This document shows, one piece after another, positions 39,530 through 47,704 of a DNA stretch of 64,000 bases (position 1 is the first letter of the stretch; the number at the start of each line of letters is the position of its first letter). Both the position numbers and the translations under genes were made by a program. The notes below the pieces were generated by a model. It was not told the DNA's origin, did no database searches, and saw nothing but the letters and a program-made list of their open reading frames with translations. This DNA is from an uncultured Gemmatimonadales bacterium (GTDB lineage Bacteria; Gemmatimonadota; Gemmatimonadetes; Gemmatimonadales; GWC2-71-9): the NCBI GenBank assembly GCA_963795085.1, contig CAWCFX010000006.1:512001-576000 (forward strand). The letters are read 5' to 3'.

Positions 39530-40695
39530 GGCAGCGACTGGCTGAGATCCACCGGCCTGGCGTTCTTCATGAACGTCTCGTCAATGTAGGTCTGGTAGGG
39601 GATCTCGTGGGTGATGATCCCGGCCTCCAGCGACAGCTTCATCAGTTCCTCGAATTCGGCGTGCACCAGGTTGAGGTCCCCGTAGGTCACCCGGTCCGCG
39701 GGCCGCTCCATCACCCAGCGGATCAGGTCGAAGGCCTGGTTGAACATGGACTTGTCCGACGCAATCCGGGCGGCCGTGACGCGGTTCTCCGGGCTGGTTT
39801 CCAGCCACTGCCCGGCCGCCAGCACGTGATCCACCAGCAACTGCACCGTCTCGGGATCTTCGTCAATCAGTTCCTGCCGCACCGTCAGGACGCAGCAGAT
39901 GTAGGTCGGCCATTCGTTCCGGGTCATGTGCAGGATCCGGGCGTAGCCGTCCATTTCCGAGCGGGCGCCGAACGGCTCCCCCGTGGCGTACGCATCCACC
40001 GCGTTGGCCAGCAGGGCGGCGGGCATGTCGGGCGGGGCGATCTCGACCATTTCGATGTCCGCATCCACCAGCCCGTGCTCACGCATCAGCCGGCGGACGA
40101 AGATATGGTCCACCGCGAACCGGCTGGGAATCGCCACCCGCTTCCCGCGGAGATCCCCGAAGGTGCGGTAGGGCGAGTCCTTCTTGACCATGATCACCGC
40201 GCCGGACCGGTGCCCCAGTGCCACCACCTTGACCGGGACCCCCTTGTCGGCCAGGTCCATTGCCATCGGCGCCAGCATCATGGCCACCTTGAGCCGCCCG
40301 GCCACCAGGGCCTCCTTCAACTCGGGCCACCCGCTGTAGCGGACATAGGTCGCGATCTGGGGCACCCGCGCGGCCAGCGACTCGGCCTGCTCCGCCGTGG
40401 GCATGTCCATCCCGGGCATTCCCGCCATGGGACCGCCCGAAGTGTCCATGCCATCCGCCATGTTGATCGGCTCACCTTCGGTCGTCATCGCCCTACAGGC
40501 GATCGGAATGGTGAGGTTTCAGGTAACCGGTAACGCGCCGATCTCGAGCAACTCGCCCGCGCCTTTGGTCGTCCCGGGGCGGTCCTGTCCCCGCCGGTAG
40601 GCGACCGTGATGAACAGGGCCCAGCCGAGAATTGCCGCGATCACCAGCGGCCTGCGGTACCGCTGCCAGTACCGGGAAATGCTTGCGCTCGCCAT
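39526..40695 (-). CDS. ABC substrate-binding protein (NrtA/SsuA-like), probable selenoprotein with Sec at codon 59 (TGA 40519-40521)
   Basis: The track ORFs 40519..40785 and 39526..40488 are in the same frame with a single TGA between them: TM anchor...EIGALPVT*NLTIPIACRAMTTEG...YSGWPELKEAL...YICCVL. A stable hairpin follows the TGA. Confidence 0.75.
40471..40515 (-). other. Bacterial SECIS-like stem-loop
   Basis: After UGA-AAC: CUCACC-AUUCCG-AUCGCC-UGUAG-GGCGAU-GACGACCGAA-GGUGAG. The apical loop starts 22 nt after the UGA and has GU at its positions 2-3. Confidence 0.65.
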
Positions 40696-40815
40696 GGGAG
40701 AGAAGCTCCAGTCCGCCGTAGTGTGCCCCCCGGGGAAGCAGGCCGCCATTGGCCCGCCCCAAGTCAAACCCAGATCCGCCGTCAAGGGGAACAGAGAAAG
40801 GGTACTGCCGCTACA

Positions 40816-40833
40816 TGTTGCTTGCCAGCAACA
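40816..40833. promoter_or_regulatory. Putative upstream activator sequence
   Basis: TGTTGCT-TGCC-AGCAACA, perfect 7-bp arms; best copy of the recurring 18-bp motif. Confidence 0.6.
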
Positions 40834-40988
40834 CCTTGCAGACTATGGACGCCGGATGCTCGCCCTGTCAACCTCGGGCCAGCCTTGCCCTGGGGCTCCG
40901 CACGAGGGGGGAGCGCCCGACCGGCCCGTTCAAAGCACAAAACATGCCTTCCGGGAGTTGGCCCGGGGTCGGGAGCGGGTGATATTTC

Positions 40989-41004
40989 CGGTACGAACCC
41001 TGCT
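40989..41004 (+). promoter_or_regulatory. Putative sigma54 promoter for the acyl-CoA dehydrogenase
   Basis: CGGTACGAACCCTGCT (GG-N10-GC), about 45 nt before ATG 41049. Confidence 0.5.
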
Positions 41005-41048
41005 CCAGCCAGTGTCGGCTTTCTTCTCAATTCTCCCCGAGGCCCTCC

Positions 41049-42197
41049 ATGGATTTCTCCTGGTCGAGCGAACAGCTCGAGTTCAGGCAGACGGTCGTTG
41101 ATTTCGCGCGGAAAGCCCTCCAGGACGACCTGATCGCGCGGGACCGGTCGGCGACGTTTTCCCGCCCGCTCTGGAGCCGTTTGGGGGAGTTCGGCATCCT
41201 GGGCCTGCCCTTTCCCGAAGAATTCGGCGGGGCGGGCAGCGATATCCTGACCACCATCCTGGCGATGGAGGCCCTGGGCTACGGGTGCAAGGACAACGGC
41301 CTGCTCTTCGGCATCGCGGCCCAGATGTGGAGCGTCCAGATGCCGATCTTCAAGTTCGGCACCCCGGAAGCCCGGGCAAAGTACCTGCCCCGCCTCAATT
41401 CGGGAGAATGGATCGGGGCCCACGGGATGAGCGAGCCCGACAGCGGGTCGGACGCATTTGCGCTGCGGACCACCGCCGACCGGCGGGGCGACAGCTATGT
41501 CCTCAACGGCACCAAGACCTTCGTCAGCAACGGTCCCTCGGCGGATCTCTTCCTGGTATTTGCCACCCTGGACCGGACCAAGGGTTTCCTGGGCCTCACC
41601 GGCTTCCTGGTCGAGCGCACGACCCCCGGCCTCAAGGTGAGCAAGGAGATCGAGAAGATGGGGCTGCGCACCTCCCCGATGGCCGAGGTGATCATGGAGG
41701 ATTGCGTCATCCCGGTGGAGAACCGGATCGGGCGGGAGGGGCGCGGAGGGGCGGTCTTCAACGATTCCATGGAATGGGAGCGGGGCTGTATCCTCGCCAG
41801 CTACCTCGGGTCCATGGAACGCCAGCTGGAGTCCTGCGTGCGCCATTCCCAGGAGCGGAAACAGTTCGGCCAGGCGATCGGCCAGTTCCAGTCGGTGGCC
41901 AACAAGATGGTGGACATGAAAGTGCGGCTGGAGACGGCCCGCCTCATCCTGTACAAGGCGGCGTGGAGCAAACAGCAGCAGGGCAAGCATGCCGGTGAGG
42001 ACGCGGCGATTGCCAAGCTCTATCTCAGCGAAGCGTGGGTCAAATCCTGCCTCGATGCCGTCCAGATCCATGGAGGCTATGGATTCACAACCGAGTACGA
42101 GGTCGAGCGGGACCTCCGGGATTCCATCGGCGGTACCCTCTACTCGGGGACATCGGAGATCCAGCGGACCCTGATCGCGCGGCAGCTCGGGTTGTAG
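41049..42197 (+). CDS. Acyl-CoA dehydrogenase family, probable L-prolyl-S-carrier-protein dehydrogenase (PltE/RedW-like)
   Basis: ACAD motifs MSEPDSGSD, LNGTKTFVSNG, KMGLRTSP, RKQFGQAIGQFQ, QIHGGYG, TLYSGTSEIQR. MEALGYGCKDNGLLF and SMEWER resemble prolyl-PCP dehydrogenases; clustered with a carrier and a Pro-coded A domain. Confidence 0.8.
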   Translation: MDFSWSSEQLEFRQTVVDFARKALQDDLIARDRSATFSRPLWSRLGEFGILGLPFPEEFGGAGSDILTTILAMEALGYGCKDNGLLFGIAAQMWSVQMPIFKFGTPEARAKYLPRLNSGEWIGAHGMSEPDSGSDAFALRTTADRRGDSYVLNGTKTFVSNGPSADLFLVFATLDRTKGFLGLTGFLVERTTPGLKVSKEIEKMGLRTSPMAEVIMEDCVIPVENRIGREGRGGAVFNDSMEWERGCILASYLGSMERQLESCVRHSQERKQFGQAIGQFQSVANKMVDMKVRLETARLILYKAAWSKQQQGKHAGEDAAIAKLYLSEAWVKSCLDAVQIHGGYGFTTEYEVERDLRDSIGGTLYSGTSEIQRTLIARQLGL

Positions 42198-42201
42198 TGC
42201 G

Positions 42202-42219
42202 TGTTGGAGTATCGCAACA
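42202..42219. promoter_or_regulatory. Putative upstream activator sequence
   Basis: TGTTGGAGTATCGCAACA, about 95 nt upstream of the sigma54 motif at 42315. Confidence 0.55.
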
Positions 42220-42261
42220 TGCGGGAAACCCCGAGCCCTTGCATGACCTGGCTTTGGTTTC

Positions 42262-42288
42262 TCAAGTTATTGTCTCAAATCGCTTTAC
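42262..42288. promoter_or_regulatory. IHF-like site between the UAS and the sigma54 promoter
   Basis: TCAAGTTATTGTCTCAAATCGCTTTAC; the minus strand contains CAA-TAAC-TTG. Confidence 0.45.
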
Positions 42289-42314
42289 CTCAGATGCCGC
42301 CGGCTGTGGCGAAG

Positions 42315-42330
42315 TGGCACGGCGGTAGCA
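42315..42330 (+). promoter_or_regulatory. Sigma54 promoter for the MBOAT-MBOAT-carrier-A-domain operon
   Basis: TGGCACGGCGGTAGCA, one mismatch from TGGCACG-N4-TTGCW. Confidence 0.7.
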
Positions 42331-42397
42331 GGCAGGTAGAGCTTTCCGGCCCGCGGGCCGCCTCCTGGACGTCAATCGAATGCATCGGAGCAGCAAC

Positions 42398-44902
42398 ATG
42401 ACGGTGGGCAGTCTCACGGCCTCCCTGGGCGACCGGGTACGTACCAGCCCGGAATGGCTGGCCATCCTGCGGCTGGCGGGTTTCACCGTCCAGCTGGGGC
42501 TGGGCATCCTGGTGATCCGGGAATTCTCCCTGGAGGGTCCCACCTTCTACACCATGATCCTGCTGGCGGCAGTCGGGTTCTTCGTGAACGCCGTGCTGCC
42601 CCGGGCCTACCGGCAGGCCTGGTTCATCCTGGTCTCGCTGGTGGCGATCGGGATGGTGTTCGGGGTGGGAGACGGGCTCTGGCTGGTCGCGGTGGGCCTG
42701 GGTCTGATCGGCCTCTGCCACCTGCCGGTCAACTGGTGGCTCCGGGTGGCCATTATTCTGTCGGCGGCGGCGGTGCTGGCGTTCACCCGGATCGGCTGGC
42801 TGGGGGCGCCGTTTTCGATGGGCATCTGGCCCATCCTGGGCTCCATGTTCATGTTCCGGCTGATGGTGTACCTGCACCACATCAAGCACAATCCCAAGGT
42901 CACCGCGGGCCGGTCGCTGGCCTACTTCTTCATGTTGCCGAACATCTCGTTTCCCCTCTTTCCGGTGGTGGATTACAAGACCTTCGACTCGGTCTACTAC
43001 GACCAGGAGCCGAACGCCATCTACCAGGCCGGGCTCCGGTACATCGCCCGGGGCCTGCTGCACCTGGTCACCTACCGGTTCATCTATTACTACGTGGCGC
43101 GGGACCCGGCCGAGGTCACCAATCTCGGGGAGCTGCTGACCTACGTGGTCTCCACCTTCCTGATTTACGTCCGCGTCTCCGGCCAGTTCCATATCATCGT
43201 GGGGGTGCTCCACCTGTTCGGGTGGCGGATGCCCCCGGCCAACAACCTCTACTACCTGGCCACCAGCTTCACCGAGGTCTGGCGGCGGAACAACATCTAC
43301 TGGAAGGACTTCATGATGAAGCTGGCGTACTATCCCAGCTTCTTCAAACTCCGCGGCCGGGGCGGCAGCATCGCGCTCATCGGCGCCACGATCATGGTGT
43401 TCCTGCTGACGTGGCTGCTCCACTCCTACCAGTGGTTCTGGATCCGGGGCGAGTTTCCGCTGACCGCCACCGACGGCCTGTTCTGGGGCCTGATCGGGGG
43501 ATTCATGCTGGTGGAAATGCTGCGCGACACCCGCAAGGGCCCGGCTGCCCGGGTCCCGGTCCGCCGAGGGTGGAGCGCCAGCCGGGCCTTCCGGACGGTC
43601 GGGTTCTTTCTGCTGATGTCAACGCTCTGGGCGCTGTGGGACAGTCAGTCCATCGGTGATTTTATTTCGCTGTGGGCAGTGGCGACGCGATTCGACGGAG
43701 AGACCCTGCTCCGGATCGGCCTGCTCCTGGCGGCGGCCCTCGCCATTACCGGGTGGCCGTGGACGGTGCAAACCCTTCAGAAAGAGGAGGGACAGCAGCC
43801 GCTCTGGCGCCGGCAGGATGTCCAGACCGTCTTCGTGTGCACCGGCCTGCTGGCTATCGCCCAGCCCGGCGTTACCAATCTGGTGGCGCCCTCGGTCACC
43901 GAGTTCGCCCAGTCGCTGCGACAGACCAGGCTCAACGCCCGGGACGCCGCCTCCCAGCACCGGGGCTACTACGAGCAGCTCAACGTGGCGGCCGGCAACC
44001 TGGGCGGCGGCGAACTCCAGGCGGTGAACGAGGAGCGGCCCGCCGACTGGGTCCCGCTGACCGAAACCGCCGTGTACCGGGAACTGGAAGCGTCCTTCCT
44101 TGGCGGCGAGCTGGTGCCCGGATCGAGCACCGAGTTCAAGGGGGAGACCCTGAGCGTGAACCCGGCCGGCCTCCGGGACCGGGACTACGCGGTCCAGAAG
44201 CCGGCGGAGACCTACCGGATCGCCGTGATGGGGCCCTCCGACGTCATGGGCGCCGGCGTCGCCGATTCCCAGACGTTCGAGAATCTGCTGGAAGACCGGC
44301 TCAACCGGGAGCGGGTCGGCGGGCGGCGGTACGAGAGCATCAACTTCGGGGTGGTGTCCTTCAGCATCCTGCAGCAGATGCAGCTGCTGGAAGAGCGGGC
44401 GCTGCGGTACGACCCCGACATGGTGATCATCTCGTATCACGCGATCTCCGAAGCCCGGTTCGCCTTCCAGTACCTGGCCAACCGGGTGCGGTTCGGCCAG
44501 CCGGTGCCCCACCCCGAGCTGCGGGAGATCGCCGAGCGGGCCGGCGTGAAGCAGGGCATGGAGCAGCCGGACGCGTTCCGGAGGCTCAAGCCGTACGGCG
44601 ATGAACTGGTCCGGTGGTCGCTGGACCGGGTGGCCGGCATGGCGAAGGCCCGCGGCATCCAGCTGGTCCTGTTCATTCGGGACATGCCCGGCGAGATCTC
44701 CGACTCCACGCCCCCCGTCCTGGCATACGCGGACAGCCTGGGGTACGCCGTGGCCGATACCCGCGACGCCTTCGCCGGGCGGGATCCCAATACGCTCCTG
44801 CTGGCCGCCTGGGACAAGCATCCCAACGCACTGGGCCACCGGCTCACCGCCGAGCGCCTGTACGAAGAGCTGGTTGTGCGCCAATCCCTCCTCAAGCCCT
44901 GA
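42398..44902 (+). CDS. MBOAT (AlgI/DltB-like) fused to a periplasmic SGNH domain, copy 1
   Basis: Many TMs; FPLFPVVDY, ATSFTEVWRRNNIYWKDF...YYP, His in TWLLH. SGNH half: NPAGLRDRDY, IAVMGPS, INFGV, WDKHPNALGH. Confidence 0.85.
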   Translation: MTVGSLTASLGDRVRTSPEWLAILRLAGFTVQLGLGILVIREFSLEGPTFYTMILLAAVGFFVNAVLPRAYRQAWFILVSLVAIGMVFGVGDGLWLVAVGLGLIGLCHLPVNWWLRVAIILSAAAVLAFTRIGWLGAPFSMGIWPILGSMFMFRLMVYLHHIKHNPKVTAGRSLAYFFMLPNISFPLFPVVDYKTFDSVYYDQEPNAIYQAGLRYIARGLLHLVTYRFIYYYVARDPAEVTNLGELLTYVVSTFLIYVRVSGQFHIIVGVLHLFGWRMPPANNLYYLATSFTEVWRRNNIYWKDFMMKLAYYPSFFKLRGRGGSIALIGATIMVFLLTWLLHSYQWFWIRGEFPLTATDGLFWGLIGGFMLVEMLRDTRKGPAARVPVRRGWSASRAFRTVGFFLLMSTLWALWDSQSIGDFISLWAVATRFDGETLLRIGLLLAAALAITGWPWTVQTLQKEEGQQPLWRRQDVQTVFVCTGLLAIAQPGVTNLVAPSVTEFAQSLRQTRLNARDAASQHRGYYEQLNVAAGNLGGGELQAVNEERPADWVPLTETAVYRELEASFLGGELVPGSSTEFKGETLSVNPAGLRDRDYAVQKPAETYRIAVMGPSDVMGAGVADSQTFENLLEDRLNRERVGGRRYESINFGVVSFSILQQMQLLEERALRYDPDMVIISYHAISEARFAFQYLANRVRFGQPVPHPELREIAERAGVKQGMEQPDAFRRLKPYGDELVRWSLDRVAGMAKARGIQLVLFIRDMPGEISDSTPPVLAYADSLGYAVADTRDAFAGRDPNTLLLAAWDKHPNALGHRLTAERLYEELVVRQSLLKP

Positions 44903-44912
44903 AGGCGCGCCT

Positions 44913-47444
44913 ATGTCAGCCGGTTCGATAGCGATGGCGGAAAACTCCGGGGCAGCCCGGGTCGGGTGGGTGGCGGCCGGGCGGATGCTGGCCGCAGTGG
45001 TGCAGCTCGGCCTCATCGTGCTGGTGATTCGCCAGTTCGAGATTGAAGGGACCGGGTTCTACCGCCTCTCCCTGCTGGCGGCCGGAGGCTTCGCGGTCCA
45101 TGCCCTGCTGCCGCTCCGGCTGCGGCTGCCTTTCTTCCTCGCGCTATCCCTGGCCGGCATCCTGCTGGTGATGGGCATCGTCAACGGGCTCTGGATCCTC
45201 GGCCTGGGCGCGCTGCTCATCGTGCTGAGCCACATTCCGGTCCGCTTCAGCGTGCGGATCGCCATCGTGCTCGCCGCCGCCGTGGTGCTCGGCCTGTTCC
45301 GGTCCCAGCTGCTGCCGGGCGGGATCCCCGGGGCCGTCTGGCCGATCCTGGCCTCGATGTTCATGTTCCGGCTGGCCATCTACCTGTATGATCTCACCCA
45401 CGGGGTGGAGACCGGGCCGCCAGCCCGGGTGCTGGCGTACTTCTTCATGATCCCGAACGTCGCCTTTCCGCTGTTCCCCGTGGTGGATTACAAGACCTTC
45501 GCCCGCACCTATTACAATGACGAGGACTGGCGGATCTACCAGCGGGGCCTCAAGTGGATCGTGCGGGGCCTGACCCACCTGATCGCGTACCGCTTCGTCT
45601 ATCACTACATGGCCATGGATCTGGCCGCGGTCCGGACCGGTCCCGACGTGGCCCAGTACATCTTCAGCTCGTTCATGCTGTACCTGCGGGTCTCCGGCAT
45701 GTACCACCTCTCGATCGGCATGCTCCACCTGTTCGGGTTCCGGCTGCCGGAGACCAACCACTACTGGCTCTTCTGCCAGAGCTTCACCGATCTCTGGCGC
45801 CGGATGAACATCTATTTCAAGGACTTCATGATGAAGCTGGTGTATTATCCCAGCTACTTCAAAGTCCGCAAGCGGGGCATGCGGCAGGGAATCGCCCTGT
45901 CCCTCCTGATGGTATTCTTTGTGACCTGGGCCCTCCACGTGGTCCAGTGGTTCTGGCTCCGGGGCAGCCTCCTCCTCACCTGGCAGGACAGCCTGTTCTA
46001 CGTGGTACTGGGCGCCCTGGTGATCCGGCAGGCCATGAAGGACGCGGCCCCCGGCCGCAAGCGGGCACTGGACACTGGAGAGGCCCGGTGGAGCCCCCGC
46101 CGCGCAGTCAACGGGCTGCTCACGATGGGAATCCTGATGACGGCCTGGTCCTTCTGGACGGCCGACTCGGTGGACCAGTGGCTGGCAATGTTCCAGGGCA
46201 TGGGCGAATGGCCCCGGAACGGCACCCTCGTCCTGGCCAGCGTGCTGGCCGTGTACCTGGCCCTCGCCGGCCTTCCCTGGACGTCGCCCGAACTGGCTGA
46301 CCGGAAAGAGGGCACCCTGGTCGGCCCGGCCCTGCTCACGGTCGGCACCCTGGGCGGCCTGCTGTTCCTCGCCGAGCCGCGGGTGCACGAGCGGTTCACG
46401 CCGCGGGGGGTCGAACTGGTCCGATCGCTCAAGCAGAACAAGCTCAACCAGCGGGACCAGGCCGTGCTGCTGCGCGGGTACTATGAGAAAGTGGATAACA
46501 AGACCACACTGACCAGCCAGGTCTGGGAACTGGGACAGGGAACGCCCGAGGACATCCGGATCACCAGTACCCCGGCCTTCCGGGAACGCGCCGATTTCCT
46601 GGGCGGGGAGCTGGTGCCGTCGTCCCGGATCGTGTTCAAGAACGAGCAATTTGTCGCCAACCGCTGGGGCATGCACGACCAGGAGTACGAACGGGCCAAG
46701 CCGGCCGGCACCCACCGGACGGCGCTGCTGGGCCCTTCCGACGTGATGGGCCCGGGCGTGCTGGCGTCGGAAACCTTCGAGGCCCTGGCCGAGGCCCGTC
46801 TCAACCAGCACGGCGGTAAGTTCCAGCGCTACGAGATTCTCAATTTCGGGGTGGCCGCGTTCACCGTCCTCCAGCAGGCCGCCATGCTGGACGACCGGGG
46901 CCTCGGTTTCGACCCCGACCTGATCGTGATGACGTTCCACCCCGGGTCCGACCCGCCCACGACGCTGCGCTACCTGGTGGACGTCGTCCGGGCCGGCAGA
47001 CCGGTTCCCTACCCCGACCTCGCCGCTATCGTTCGGCGGGCCGGGATCGACAGCGGCATGACCGACGGCGTGGCCAAGCGGAAGACCTGGCCCCACATCC
47101 AGGAAATCATGCGCTGGAGCTTCCGGCATATTGCGGAAGCCGCGAAGTCCCGTAATATCCCGGTCGCGCTGCTGGTGACTGACGCCATCACCGAGCCATC
47201 GGCGCCGGACCAGCCGCTCATCCGCTACGCGGACAGCCTGGGCTTTACGATCCTGGACCTGCGCAGCGCGCACGTCGGGCACGAGCCCAGGACGGTAATC
47301 CTGGCCGAGAATGACCGGCATCCCAACAAGCTGGGCCACCGGCTCCTGGGCGAGGCGCTGTACCGCAAACTGATGGCACTCGGCGACACCCTGGGCCTGG
47401 GACTGGGCCCGCAACCATCGCAACTCAACCAGGAGGGGAAGTGA
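44913..47444 (+). CDS. MBOAT-SGNH fusion, copy 2
   Basis: Paralog of copy 1: FPLFPVVDY, QSFTDLWRRMNIYFKDF...YYP, TWALH; ALLGPS, LNFGV, NDRHPNKLGH. Start ATG 44913. Confidence 0.85.
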   Translation: MSAGSIAMAENSGAARVGWVAAGRMLAAVVQLGLIVLVIRQFEIEGTGFYRLSLLAAGGFAVHALLPLRLRLPFFLALSLAGILLVMGIVNGLWILGLGALLIVLSHIPVRFSVRIAIVLAAAVVLGLFRSQLLPGGIPGAVWPILASMFMFRLAIYLYDLTHGVETGPPARVLAYFFMIPNVAFPLFPVVDYKTFARTYYNDEDWRIYQRGLKWIVRGLTHLIAYRFVYHYMAMDLAAVRTGPDVAQYIFSSFMLYLRVSGMYHLSIGMLHLFGFRLPETNHYWLFCQSFTDLWRRMNIYFKDFMMKLVYYPSYFKVRKRGMRQGIALSLLMVFFVTWALHVVQWFWLRGSLLLTWQDSLFYVVLGALVIRQAMKDAAPGRKRALDTGEARWSPRRAVNGLLTMGILMTAWSFWTADSVDQWLAMFQGMGEWPRNGTLVLASVLAVYLALAGLPWTSPELADRKEGTLVGPALLTVGTLGGLLFLAEPRVHERFTPRGVELVRSLKQNKLNQRDQAVLLRGYYEKVDNKTTLTSQVWELGQGTPEDIRITSTPAFRERADFLGGELVPSSRIVFKNEQFVANRWGMHDQEYERAKPAGTHRTALLGPSDVMGPGVLASETFEALAEARLNQHGGKFQRYEILNFGVAAFTVLQQAAMLDDRGLGFDPDLIVMTFHPGSDPPTTLRYLVDVVRAGRPVPYPDLAAIVRRAGIDSGMTDGVAKRKTWPHIQEIMRWSFRHIAEAAKSRNIPVALLVTDAITEPSAPDQPLIRYADSLGFTILDLRSAHVGHEPRTVILAENDRHPNKLGHRLLGEALYRKLMALGDTLGLGLGPQPSQLNQEGK

Positions 47445-47704
47445 CCAACGAAGAGATCATCCGGACGGTGAAGGAGTACATACTCCAGACCTTCCTTCCG
47501 GGCGAGGATCCCAAGGCGCTGACCGAAAGCACCCAGCTCATCACGGGCGGCGTGCTGGATTCCCTGGCCACGCTCGAGCTGGTGTCCTTCCTGGAACAAA
47601 AGTACGGCATCGAACTGCAGGCCCACGAGGTGGATGCCGCCAACCTCGGCACCCTGACCGCCATCGCCGGGCTGGTGCAGACCAAGGTGGGCGCCGGGAA
47701 GTGA
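47441..47704 (+). CDS. Stand-alone acyl/peptidyl carrier protein
   Basis: 87 aa, acidic, with phosphopantetheine site GVLDSL; translationally coupled on both sides. Confidence 0.92.
   Translation: MTNEEIIRTVKEYILQTFLPGEDPKALTESTQLITGGVLDSLATLELVSFLEQKYGIELQAHEVDAANLGTLTAIAGLVQTKVGAGK

Noticed and set aside
39526..40785. Pseudogene, or two separate genes, for the ABC binding protein
   Set aside because: A single in-frame TGA, no other lesions, intact partner genes and a SECIS-like hairpin favour recoding. A nonsense mutation is not fully excluded without homologue alignment.
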